Source: Chiloscyllium plagiosum
Lineage: Eukaryota
Length of the DNA: 64,000 nt
Direction of reading: 5' to 3'
Assembly: GCF_004010195.1 (NCBI RefSeq)
Contig: NC_057753.1
Coordinates: 1,881,243-1,945,242 of the forward strand
Part shown: piece after piece, positions 25,187-37,369 of the stretch
Numbering within the stretch: position 1 is the stretch's first letter
Layout: every line of letters begins with the position of its first letter
Translations under genes and position numbers: made by a program
Notes under the pieces: model-generated
Databases searched by the model: none
Told to the model about the DNA's origin: nothing
What the model saw: the letters and a program-made list of their open reading frames with translations, nothing else

Positions 25187-26341
25187 ATTCTAAAGCAGAG
25201 AGAATCGTATCAATAAGTTAATGTCATTGTGAAACTACACAAGCGAATTTGATTAATAGTACAGTGAGAGCAACTAGTAGACAACATTTACGTTCAGAAA
25301 ATTCCCATTCAGTTCGGAACTCTGTTACATTCATGTACCGAGGTACAGTTCAGCACAGTTACATTCAGCACAAACAAAATCAATTGAGGACATTTGCCTT
25401 CGTTGTGCCTAGACCAGGTCAGCAGCGTGATATTCGACTTTTAAGCAAGATCGTCACACGTTGAGGAGTTGGTGAGCGCATCAAATGTGTTACAATGGCA
25501 AGGGTTGCATTTTCTGTGTTTGAAATACGTCTGCCGAATGAAAACAGTTGTTTCAACTGAGTGCCTGAAATACGCCTGGAACAAATCATAGGATCAAGCT
25601 TGGAAAGGACTGAAATAAATAAAATTCTAACCAGAAATCCACTGAGTGCTCCACTATTAATGTTATCATGGCTCATCTTTGATTTTTCAAGTCCATTTTC
25701 CAGTCTTTTGCTCAGAACCATTGAATCTCATACTAATTTAAACTCTATCGCAGCCTTGAAAACACTTGCTTCTGACTCAGATGTGGACGTCTTACTCTGA
25801 GCTTATGCCATCAAAGCGAAACAAACTCTCAGCATCTACCATGTCAGATCCTCTTAGAAATAAATTTATGTCAATAAGGTCACTTATCATTCTTCTAAAC
25901 TCCAATGTCATTTCAACTCGAATAACTCCAATGTCATTTCAACTTTCCAAAGAGGACCAAAACAGTTCATATTTTTCTCGGTGTGTTCTAAGAAATACCT
26001 TGTATAGTTTTCGCCCGACTTCCCCATTTCGATGCTGCTTTACCTGAGATAAAGATTAATACTTCACTTACCTTCCTTTATATCTACAGACCCTTCACGC
26101 TAACCATCAGTGATTTATGCACGATGAACCCAACATGAATTTGTGCTGCAGCTTCCTGCAGTCTATTCAGAAAATAACACATCCACTATTCCACAAAAAC
26201 TTTTTTCTACGTTATGTTCCCTGTACCAAATTTTTGACACAAAGAAATAACTGTCTATATTTCTCTCTAGACATTTGTGTCATTCTCATCAGATGGATTC
26301 CTGCCACTTCTTTGATGCCATACTCATTAGCCTCATTTATG

Positions 26342-29300
26342 TGTGGCATTAGTATTCCTTTAACAAGGCTATGCTGTCCTAGTTTTATATTTCAGAGCTG
26401 TTGTAAAGGGAGAGATTCCGATATATCTGGACTTATTTACTTGAAAAATCTTGTTTAAAAAAAGACTTGTACAATGAAAGGGGAGTCGCCCGTTCTCCCA
26501 GTTTAGGGTTTGGTTTTAGCAAGCTATTTAGTTTGCAGCAGCTGGTCAAATTTTAGCTGTGAACCGAGAGAATCTGCTGGAGAGCAAAGAAGCAGCTCCA
26601 AGCTGATCCTGTCTCTCTCTGACATCTCCCCTGTAAAAGCTTGTGTTTGATTTTACCTTTTTTTTAGCCAAGTGGCTGTCTTTGGGAATGTTGTAAGTAT
26701 TTAGAATAGCATCATTTATTTGTGATAAGTTCGATTGGGTTTTCATGTCGGTTAAGTCATTCCAAATTCGGTTTCTTTTGTTCATGTTTCATTCAGCTAT
26801 CTCTAAATAAATTCTGTTGTGATTAGAAATTGGAGGTTGGGTCAACTCTTTTATACGTGGAATATCCACTTTACACTTGCTTAAAAAAAGTAGAAAAGCT
26901 AGGGTCTGGGCCACATTCTTGAAATGTTTTTGGAGATAGGTAAAATTCGATTGATAATGAAATAACTTGAGTTAGAGGCAAAAGGAAAAGAAAGAGAAAA
27001 ATAAATGAAACTGTTTGAATTATAATTAAAAGCCGAGGAAAGTAAAAATGAAACAAACACCCCAGCAGACCAAAAAGAAAAGCACAGAATCGCTTTAGCA
27101 GAACAAAACGAAACAGAGAGTGACAGTGAGATACAGAGAAGGGAAAATAAAATGTGAGAGGAAAGGAAGAAACAGAAGGAGTTAGAACTTCAGAGAATTC
27201 AACTGAACAGGATGGAGATGAAGGTTATAGGTAAACTTGCTGAGAAAGACAGTGAGGATGAGCAAAACCATGGAAACCGAAGGCCTGATGGGTATCTCCT
27301 TAAATATTTTCAAGTATTGCCTAAATTTGTTGTAAAAGTCTTTATCGTCTTATTGGAAAAGGTGGCTAAGCAAATGCAGTGGCCAGTAACCATGTAGATT
27401 ATGTTGATCTAAACAAAAATTGTAGAACGAGCTGGTGATGTATTCGTATAACTGTCAGAGGAGTTATCTGGTGTGTATGTGGAGGTGAAGAAAGCCACTT
27501 AAGTGCATTTGAGCTTGGTCAGAAGTCTGAAGACAGCGTTTCAGGAATCTAAGGAGGAACTCTGATCAAACCTACAATTGAGTTTGAAAGGATCAAACAA
27601 AGCAATTTTCGTAAGTGAATAAAGTCAATAAGAATAGAGCAAACATATTACACTCGGAGAGAGACGACTATTTGTGAAGAGTTCAAAATTAATGTCCTGT
27701 GGTAATGAGAAGTCATGTGGAAGAGCAGAGAGTTAAATTGGCAAGATTAGCAGCAGTCGAGAGTGTGGTGCAGGAAAAGCACAGCAGATCAGGCAGTATC
27801 CAAGGAGAAAGTCTTATGCCCAAATCCTCGATTCTCCTGCTCCTTGGATGCTGCCTGACCTGCTGTGCTTTTCCACACCACACTCTCGAATCTGATCTCC
27901 AGCATCTGCAGTCCTTGCGTTCTGCCAAGAGTAGCAGCAGCCATGGCTGATGGTTACGATTGGTTCTTGAACCAAAGTTTGGCCTCCAATATTAATTTCA
28001 ATCTGTGTGGTACAGACAGTGGGTTCAAGAGAAGTTCACACGTTGCAACTGGAAGGTAGACCTCGGGAAAGTTCACAAGGATAACTTTCCACAGAGAGAA
28101 AAGGAAATCCTTGAGGAGGATAGAGAAGTTGAAAAGCTCTAGTGTTTTCACTGCAATAAAGTAGGCTACGTGAAATCACATTAAAATGAACTGTGAATCC
28201 AGGTGTAGGAAAACAGAATGATGCCGCGAATTTTATTGGAGTGGTAACAAAAAACACCACGGGGGCTTAAACACTGTACCAGAATCTACAACCTGGTTGG
28301 TAAAGGAGGAGATACCAGATCATGTTAAACCACATGCCTGCCCAGCTAATGCTTCCTGGCATAGGCCAGAAACAGCAGGTACAGAGTTTACAAAATTAAG
28401 AAATGCAGAAACCTCTCAATCTTTGGTGTTGAAAGATAAAAATGTATCACTGAAAGACTATTCCCAGAATAAGTGCTGTTAACTGGAATTGACGGTGAGA
28501 CAAGAAGCGCACAATTATCTAGAGTGAGGTTGGAGGGTCTTTTGAAGAGAGAAGACGTCGTGGTAGGAGTACTGGACAAAATTTTAGTTCCAGGAATACA
28601 ATTTGTCCTTGCTAACGATTTGGCTGGTTCAGAAATAGAACTGCTACCTACTGGTTTGAAAAGCCACTGGAAACTCAGGCAACTGGAATATTACAGGAAG
28701 CTTTTCCTGAGTTGTTTACTAACTGTGTGGTAACGTGTTCTTAACGTCAGTAATTGAAACAGGAAACAAATCAGAGTGTATACATAAGAAACTTGAAGTG
28801 GAATCATAGAGGACACTGATTGATCAAACGTTTAAGGCAAAATGGGAGGAAATGGATGGCAAAGTAGAAATGTTTAGTTCTGAGAAATTAACTTAGTTAC
28901 AGCAAAAATGATAAACTAAAGCAAACGTGTAAAAAAGTATACACGGAAGTAGAATCTAGATGTATCCGGTGTGCTACTGTTTTAAAATGACTTCTTAATG
29001 AGGAAATGTCGGTCATCATATATTCAAGCGGTTTAGAAATGGGCAGAAGTTCATCAAATCGGATCTCCAGTGGGTTATAGAAAGGAAGTGTTGCAGGTAA
29101 CGCACGAACTGACAGTAGGAAGTCATTTAGGGGTAAGAAAATCTCAAGCGAACATACAAAAACATTTCAACTGGCCTGGACTGCCGAAAGATGTATTCGA
29201 ATTTTGTCAGATATGTCATACATGCCAGGTAATTGAAAAAAAAACCCACTGGCAGTAATATAACCTGAACATTTAATACACATTCCATCATTTGAAGAAC

Positions 29301-30510
29301 CTTCTACAAATATCTTAATTGATTGTGTAGGGCCTGTACCTAAAAGTAAGGTGGGAATTAATTTTTATTAATAAAAATGGATGTGTTCACTAGATTGTCT
29401 AACGACATTCCATAACGTAATAGCATAGATAAAAGGATTGTAGTGGAGTTACTCAAAATTTTCACTGGATATGGACTACCCATAGTGATACAATCACATG
29501 ATGCATGAAAGTTCACATCAAAGTTATTCAAACAGAATACAGAAGTTTAGGAAAAAAATTAGAATTAAAGTTCCCTGCGTACCATCCATAAACGCAGGAA
29601 GCACTAGAAAGTTAACCTCAGCCATGAAAGACCACGATGAGTGCTTATAGTCAAGAAGATCCAGGTGATTGGGATAAAGGAATCCCGTTTGTTCAATTTG
29701 CTATCAGAGACGCACCAACTGAGTCGACCGAATGAAGTTGTTAATTTGAATTAACTTTTGTGCATGAAGTGAGAGGACTGTTAAAGTTGTTGAAGGAGAA
29801 TTTGCTAACTCAGAATTCAGAGACCACATGTTTGGACTATAGAATCTAAAGGTATCACATCATACAATGAAACAAGAAGCAAACAAAATATCAAAAAAAA
29901 CCTCACAATTTTGATATCGGAGATTAAGTGTTAGTGTCCCTTCTAGTGACAGGAGAACTTTTAAAAACAAAATTTAGCGGACCTTATCAACTCGAAAGGA
30001 GTATGAGTGATTTGAAAGATTTGATAAGGAGTTCTGACAGAAAGAAATCTCACAGACTGTGTCATGTGAATATATTGAAAGATATTTTGAGAAGGTAGGA
30101 AAGCCAAATGTGACTGGATTACTGCTTACAGCTCAGAGTGATATAACTTCAGAGGATTTTGAACTGGAGGTCACTAAAATCATAATAGACAATAGGGATG
30201 CTGTCAAAATTGGGGTAAGTTGAGTTATCTTCCAGAGAAAAATCGAAATGACATGAAAGAGTTCATACAACTGCATGAAGACATATGTGGGATTAAGCTG
30301 GGAAGTCCCACATATTATGCATGATGCAGATATACGAAATGCTGTTTCGATTAAGCAACATCCTTATAGCCATAACTCTCTGAAGTTTACACTGGTTCAA
30401 AACGAGATTGAACGCATGCTCCAAGACAACACAATTGAACTAAATTATAGTGACTGCAGCTCACACATAGTAATGTTGCCAAAACCATATGCATCCACTG
30501 GTTATGCTCA
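26342..30510 (+). mobile_element. 3'-truncated Gmr1-like Gypsy LTR retrotransposon 2
   Basis: LTR ~26342-26935 resembles the reverse complement of the element 1 LTRs. Then gag with CFHCNKVG (~28143), protease (GIQFVLANDLAG), integrase HELTVGSHLGVRK..CQICHTCQ (29070-29258), SGPY (~29980), and RT start IKQHPY..SSHIVMLPKP (~30350-30490). Confidence 0.88.
27757..27925. mobile_element. Hairpin (5'-inverted) Penelope-like terminal repeat inserted in gag
   Basis: Inverted arms tcgagagtgtggtg..ccaaggag and ctccttgg..cacactctcga; 15-bp target duplication caaga(t/g)tagcagcag at 27742-27756 and 27926-27940. Confidence 0.82.
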
Positions 30511-30534
30511 CTAACATTTGTCATAAATATATAT

Positions 30535-31850
30535 TGCAAACATGATTGTTGATTTACTTCAGAGCAGCTTGGTTTGTCACGTATCATCACTTCGCTAATT
30601 AACATCAGCATTGTGACTTCCAAAAAGGCGGCATTGTTCTACTCCACTCTTTATCTGAAACATTCTGTTATGGTGGGTTCTGTCATTTCTTGCCTTGTTC
30701 CGCAGTGGATCATAGATAGGATGGTGTTCTACGTGTCTGTTGTTAACGTCCAGTGTTGAGAAACTGGCCTTTACGAATTTCTGTGTGTATATTTGGTTAA
30801 CTTGACCCAAGATAGTTACGTAATCATAGTCGAATTGATGTCCCTCCTTGGCTGAGTGTATGGAGGTCAGTGAGAATTGATTATGTCATTTTACTGCCAG
30901 TTGGGGGTTCGTGCATTCTCGTACCTAGCCTCCTTCCAGTCTATCCAAAATGGCGGTTGTGGCAGTCAGTTCAAGGAATTTTGTATAATTTTGTATGTTA
31001 AATGTATTTGGTCTTTCACTCTTGACAGCAGTTGATATAATGTGGGTATGGGTTTGTGTTCGACTATGAAACAGAGTGATTGTAGGAATCCTGTTATCAT
31101 TTCCGAGATATTCTTCATGTAATTTAGGGTGACCAATGTATTTGGCTGCACTGTGTCTTTATGACGTTGTATGTTCAGTAGACATCTGCAGATGATGCTG
31201 ATTATGCATCCGTTGTTTGCTTTAACATTGTGGAGGTGTTCTTTACTTTTGCGTCGTTCTGGTAAGTCACAGTATGTTGCTCCTCTTTGGGATCGTGTTC
31301 TGACACAGTTCTGATCGTGGGCGTTGGAATGATCGCTGTTGAAATTAAGGATTTGGTCAGTATGGGTTGCTTCCCTGCATAACTTGATTTGGAACTCATC
31401 ATTTACTGGACATCAGACAGATAAGAAGATGACGAGATATATGAAGTCACAAACCCAACTGGGAGTAAACTGACCCGACCAATTGTCAATCATCTCACTT
31501 CACTCTGACAAAGAGCGCCATCAATTTGACTGGGATAACGTAACCATTTTGGGGCAAGCCAAACAAAGACACACATAGGATTTCCTAGAGGCATGTTTCT
31601 CAACTCGGAACGCTTTCAAAAGCCATGTAGAAATGGATTCTATACACGAGCCACTACGGAGCAGGACTGGAAATGACACAGCCTTTCATAACAGATTGGG
31701 TCAGATAAAGAGTGGAGTAAAACAACAACGTGTTTCGGAAGTAGCACTGATGACGTACCCAACAGAATGAAGGAACGTCTAAATACAGAACAACCAGCTC
31801 GGTGGGAAAAACAACAATCACATCCATATTTCCAGCTACAAATCTCAAAA
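30535..31850. mobile_element. Penelope-like element remnant with inverted terminal arrangement
   Basis: Minus arm ~30535-31410 has a degenerate GIY-YIG region (HKPIPTLYQLLSRVKD..HFG*TGRRLGTRMHE); plus arm ~31420-31850 (ILGQAKQRH..FLEA) is an inverted repeat of ~30535-30900. Confidence 0.75.
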
Positions 31851-34800
31851 ACCTGAAATGTGTTGTAAATAATTGTCGCCCCTGCACTTATCCCTGTGCT
31901 ACTCTACTAATTGCAGATTGCCACCTAGAAATTGTCCCACTTTACCTAAATCTGTCTTCTATTAACTAATCACTTCTCATCCATCCAAATATATGATCTA
32001 GACAGCATGGGCAGCTATTAAACAGCCTATGTGCAGGACCTGATCAAACAATGTTTGGAAATTCGCATGTTACATCTATTGGTTTTCAATTACCATCCTA
32101 CTTGCTGCCTCCTCAATGAATTATATTAAATTTGACTGGCATATGTCTAATGTTGATAAAACCATGCTGAATCAATTGAATTCATTTATGTAGTTCTAAA
32201 TAGTCTACAACTGCATCATTTGTAAGAGATTGTAACATTTCTCTAATAACGAATTTTAAGCTAAATTACCTGTTTATTTTTTGTCTTCGTTTTTGTTTCC
32301 CTATCCTTTGGGACTTTTCGAGAAGGTAAGGAGTCTTGGGAGTTTACTGTTAAGTATTCAATACCTCTTCAGTTCTTGTTTTGACATCCTCGGATGCAGC
32401 CCATCTGGTCTAGGAGATTTACTGCGTTTAACCTAGTAATGGTTCTCTAGCGATAATCATTGCATTTATTCACCCCCACACCCACGCTTGTTCCTTGACT
32501 ATTTAGTATTTTAGAAATTCTGTTCGTGGTTATTTACATGCAAGGCTGAATTCCCACTGCCTCGCCTCCTCCACCTCAGGCCTCTTCTTGAGATTTTATG
32601 GAGGTCTATTTCTATATTTTTGCAAGACCCTTTTTCATTGTCACCTCTTCTTCATTTGATGATGCAGTATTGTAGTAATAATATGCCTGCATTTGTGATA
32701 ACTTAAGGGCAATTTTGACTCACACTAAAACATGCTGAGTAAAAGTTCATTAAAATCATTAATACTGGTCCCTGCTTCATTGACTTTAAAACTGAAAAAA
32801 CAGAAGGTGCTCATTAGTTCAGTACGGCATGTAAACCAGCTTGAGAAAATAGGCAAAGGAGCATGTGTAGGTCATCAGCCCTTCCAGCCTGCTCCACCAT
32901 TCAGTAAGATAACTCTTTATCTTTATGCCTGCATATTTAAGTTGAAATGTCTGCCAGCGTCAACATGCCTTAGTATTATAGGTTAATGCGAATTATCTAT
33001 ATCAGCTTTTAATTTCTGAATTGAATTAGCATCTAACATCATTTGAGGAAGCTGTTCCCAAAGCTCTACTGCTCTTTCAACATAAAATTAATTAATAACA
33101 TCTCTCCTGAATGGCCTGGCCCAAATTCTGAGACCATGTCCCTCAGTGCTAGAACCCTCAATCAATGGAAATCATTTATCTTTATCTATGCTCTGTTTCC
33201 TTCTGAATATGTTCGAACCCTGATTGGATCACTCCTAAACCATATAAACCGTGTAGAATGCAAGATTAATTTGCCTAATATCTGATCTTAATTTAACCTC
33301 TGAAGGACAAGTATCATCTTCATAATCCTGCATTGAACGCCATTCAGACCCAAAACATACTCCCTATAGTGCAGTGACCAGGTCTGCTAACAGTGTTCTC
33401 AGTGGAACCTAAGTAGAGTTTTGTACAATTGTGGTGTAACATCTGAACATCTGGAGTCTTACATTGCAGCCCTTTAGATATGAAGGCCCGCATTCCTTTA
33501 CCCATTTCGAATATTTTCTGCATCTGTTTATGGCATTTTACACATTTATGTATTTGAATCGCAACATCTCACTGGACATCCACTGCATTTAATTTTGTGC
33601 CTTCTAATGAACATCGTTGTTTTGCAAAAGACAGCAAATAACGGATTTTAAAAAAGAAAACCAACATAGGCTTCTATCTACAAAACGTCATTATCCTAAA
33701 CACAGGTTCTGTGAAGGCATGAGGTCATAGTTAATCTGCTGCCTGTATGTCTCCAATTACAATGCAAAAGATGGATGTTACGTGTGATCCTTTGAGATGT
33801 AATAACGCATGAATGGAAATATTAATGAAATAAAACTGTTCAATATGAAATTATCCAGTTAACACAACTTTCATTACACGATATCCACATTTTCCTGCAA
33901 CTAGTAGCTTCTGCGCTCCTGTAGGTTTAGGCGATGGATTTCATAATCAAATGCAAGGATTTCACTACTGAAGTTCGGCTGGTTCCAATCTGGCTTTTGA
34001 GAAGTATCAAACTGCTCTCTCCGCCTATCAATGTTTCTGTCACTTGACCGTTCTTCCACACGTTTGAGCCCAAGCTCCCTTGTTTGTAACTCTTTGATCC
34101 CTTTGCATTAACTTTCCCAACTTCTTGGTTTCCCATTGTATCTGAGTACTCTGGTAACTCTTTCACACTTTAAAAGTGTCCAAATCAGGTGGATTAGCCA
34201 GAGGGAAAGCAAGGGTACGGGTATATTGCAGTGGGTATGGTTGGGATGCTCTTCAGCGAGGATTTCTGGATGCAATGGGCCAAATGTCTTACTTCCATAC
34301 TCTGGGGTTTCTTTGAATTGAATGAACACTGTGGCTTTGTGTTCTTGATATTGTAGATAAATTGGATAAGAAGAAAATCAATAGGAGTAAATACACGATT
34401 TGTACAGTTCAAAGTAGTCACCATCCAACCATAATGGATGTATTCGTTGTTGATGATTAGGAGCAATGGTAGAAATATGAGAATATAGTTACAGTCTTTC
34501 AATGCGTCTTCAATATTGGTGCTGTCATAGATGAATGAAGGATTGCATGTGTTACATCTTTGTAACTAAAATGTAGGTAAAAACCAAGCAATCGTGAGCT
34601 GGTCATCCAAACGTCAAACTTGAGGGGGAAAACGAGAGCGATCATAATCCGCCAAAGAAACAATTTTCACTTCGAAAAATCGTGAGATAACAAATGACAA
34701 GCTATTTGGCTTTTTTAAAAGTCAAAACCTGACAAACATGTTTGAGTTGCTGAAATTTCATGAATGATAAAGGTAAACTTGTTGACGTTGTATGTGTTTT

Positions 34801-35139
34801 TAATAAGATGTCCGTACCAGTGTTACCTATTAGGGAAATTAAAGCTCCTTGGATTAACAAGCCATGGCAGTCACAGCATTGATACAAATTTGGGTATGGG
34901 ACAGAAGAACGAAATGAGGGTAAATCGAACGAGTGTTTTGATTATAACGTGGTTATGGCCCCATTAATTTAATGGTGCTGCCATTACCCAATTTTCTTAC
35001 AATCGGGATTGCATGAGTATGGAACTACTGCTTTGAAACAGAGTTGACTGTAGGAAATTTAGTTTATATGGCATTCCCTATCTGCCATGAATGCAATCGC
35101 TTTAACACAAACTGCAATTTTGACAGAATTGAAGAATAT

Positions 35140-35440
35140 TTTTCAGTTATCATGTGGGGTCCTGGGTAGTGTTGAAGAACAGGAGCTGCAGTACATAATT
35201 CTTTGAAGTCTGAGTCACATGTAGACAGGGTTGTTAAAAAACCTTTTATCACTCTTGCCTTCATTTCTCAGAACATTGAGTGTAGGAGTTGGGACACTGA
35301 AGTTGTATGGGATGTTGGTCAGTCCTCGTCTGGAATACTATGTTTTGTTCTTGTCGTCCTGTTATGTGAAGGATATTCTTAAACTGGAGAGTTCAGAAGA
35401 GATTTACCATGATAATTCCAGGAATGGAAGGTTTGTGTAG
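35140..35440 (+). mobile_element. Old CR1 RT C-terminal fragment
   Basis: LKLYGMLVSPRLEYYVLFLSSCY. Confidence 0.7.
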
Positions 35441-35697
35441 AAGAAGAGGCTGGATATGTAGAACAAAGAAGAAGAAGTGCAACACAGACGATGAACAAGC
35501 CCTTTGGCTTCCAAGCCTCGGGCAAAACATTTTGCGTTTCCATACTCGAACTGGCTTTACTTGCTGCCTCTGTTTCATTCTATTCCCTTCCAATTCATTT
35601 ATACGTCCAGGTCTTTCTTGACTGCTGCTATTGTGCCTGATTTCACCACCTTCCCTGGCAGTGCATTCTAGGCACTCACCGCCCTTTGTGTGAAAAA

Positions 35698-35816
35698 NNN
35701 NNNNNNNNNNNNNNNNNNNNNNNNNNNNNNNNNNNNNNNNNNNNNNNNNNNNNNNNNNNNNNNNNNNNNNNNNNNNNNNNNNNNNNNNNNNNNNNNNNNN
35801 NNNNNNNNNNNNNNNN
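35698..35816. other. Assembly gap (119 N)
   Basis: Run of N. Confidence 0.99.
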
Positions 35817-36225
35817 GAGAGGAAGTCGTACGAGGCTAGGTTGAGAGTTCTCGGCCTTTTCTCGTTGGAACGGCGAAGGATGAGGGGTGACTTGATAGAG
35901 GTTTATAAGATGATCAGAGGAATAGATAGAGTAGACGGTCAGAAACTTTTTCCCCGGGTACATCAGAGTGTTACAAGGGGACATAAATTTACGGTGAAGG
36001 GTGGAAGGTATAGGGGAGATGTCAGGGGTGGGTTCTTTACCCAGAGAGTGGTGGGGGCATGGAATGCGCTGCCCGTGGGAGTGGTGGAGTCGGAATCATT
36101 GGCGACCTTTAAGCGGCATTTGGATAGGTACATGGATGGGTACTTAATCTAGGTTAGAAGTTCGGCACAACAGCGTGGGCCGAAGGGCCTGTTCTGTGCT
36201 GTATTGTTCTATGTTCTATGTTCTA
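35817..36225 (+). mobile_element. Young CR1 3' end
   Basis: Uninterrupted ORF2 C-terminus (ORF 35841-36152), CpG-rich, (TTCTATG)n tail; close to the copy at 44430-45309. Confidence 0.92.
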
Positions 36226-36419
36226 TTAAACTGGAGAGTTCAGAAGAGATTTACCATGATAATTCCAGGAATGGAAGGTTTGTGTAGAAGAAGAGGCTGG
36301 ATATGTAGAACAAAGAAGAAGTGCAATACAGACGATGAACAAGCCCTTTGGCTTCCAAGCCTCGGGCAAAACATTTTCCGTTTCCATACTAGAACTGGCT
36401 TTACTTGCTGCCTCTGTTT

Positions 36420-37360
36420 CATTCTATTCCCTTCCAATTCATTTATACGTCCAGGTCTTTCTTGACTGCTGCTATTGTGCCTGATTTCACCACCTTCCCT
36501 GGCAGTGCATTCTAGGCACTCACCGCCCTTTGTGTGAAAAACATGTTCGCACATCTCTTTTAAACGTATCCTTTGCGCCTTGAATCTGTGCCCCACGTTA
36601 ATTGAGCTGTCTTGGGAAAAAGCGTCATACTTTCCATTCTATCATGCCATTCATAACCTTGTAAATGTCTTTCAGGTCGACCATCAATCTCCTGCGTTCC
36701 AGTAAAAACAAAGTCAATCTATCCAACTATCCTTCATAACTAAAATTCCACATGCCACCAACATCCTGGGGAACCTTTTATGTACCCTTTTCAAAGCATC
36801 GAAATACTTCTGATAGCGTGGTGACCACAAGTGCATGCAGTACTGCAAGTGTGACCAAACTAAAGTTCTATAAAGCAACTGTATAATTTGTCTTTTTCAC
36901 AAGCCTATTTCGCTGCGATGAAACCTTCTGTGATCTGTATACCTGCACATTGAGATAGCTTTCCATATCAATATTCCTCAGATTTCTGCTATTCACTGTA
37001 AAAATTCCATCTGAAATCGACCTTCTTAAAGGCATCATTTCACGTTTGTCTGGAATAAACGCCATGTACCAATTTTCTGCCCATGCCTCCAACTGTTCTA
37101 TATCCTACTGCATTTTCTGACAACCCTCGCCTCTATCGTCAACTTCATCAACCAACATATTTTTCACAAACTTACCAATTATACGAGATGCATTTTCCTC
37201 CAGATCATTTGTGCAGACCATGAACAGCACGGTTGCTAGCACTGATCTCTGTGGAACACCACAAATCACAACACTCCATTCCAAAAAGTACCCTTCCATC
37301 GCTTTTCTCTGGCTCGGATAATAAGTCAGTTCTGAATGCATCTTGCGAGGTCATCCCTGA
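36420..37360 (-). mobile_element. Old CR1 RT and 3' fragment
   Basis: CGVPQRSVLATVLFMVCTNDL, WAENWYMAFIPDK. Confidence 0.75.
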
Positions 37361-37369
37361 TACCATGTA

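Larger units (their letters stand above)
35379..36541. repeat. Near-identical ~320-bp duplication across the assembly gap
   Basis: 35379-35697 vs 36226-36541: 3 substitutions and one 3-bp indel by eye. Confidence 0.9.

Noticed and set aside
25898..25944. 21-bp tandem duplication aactccaatgtcatttcaact
   Set aside because: Small repair-type duplication inside an old LINE; no functional evidence.
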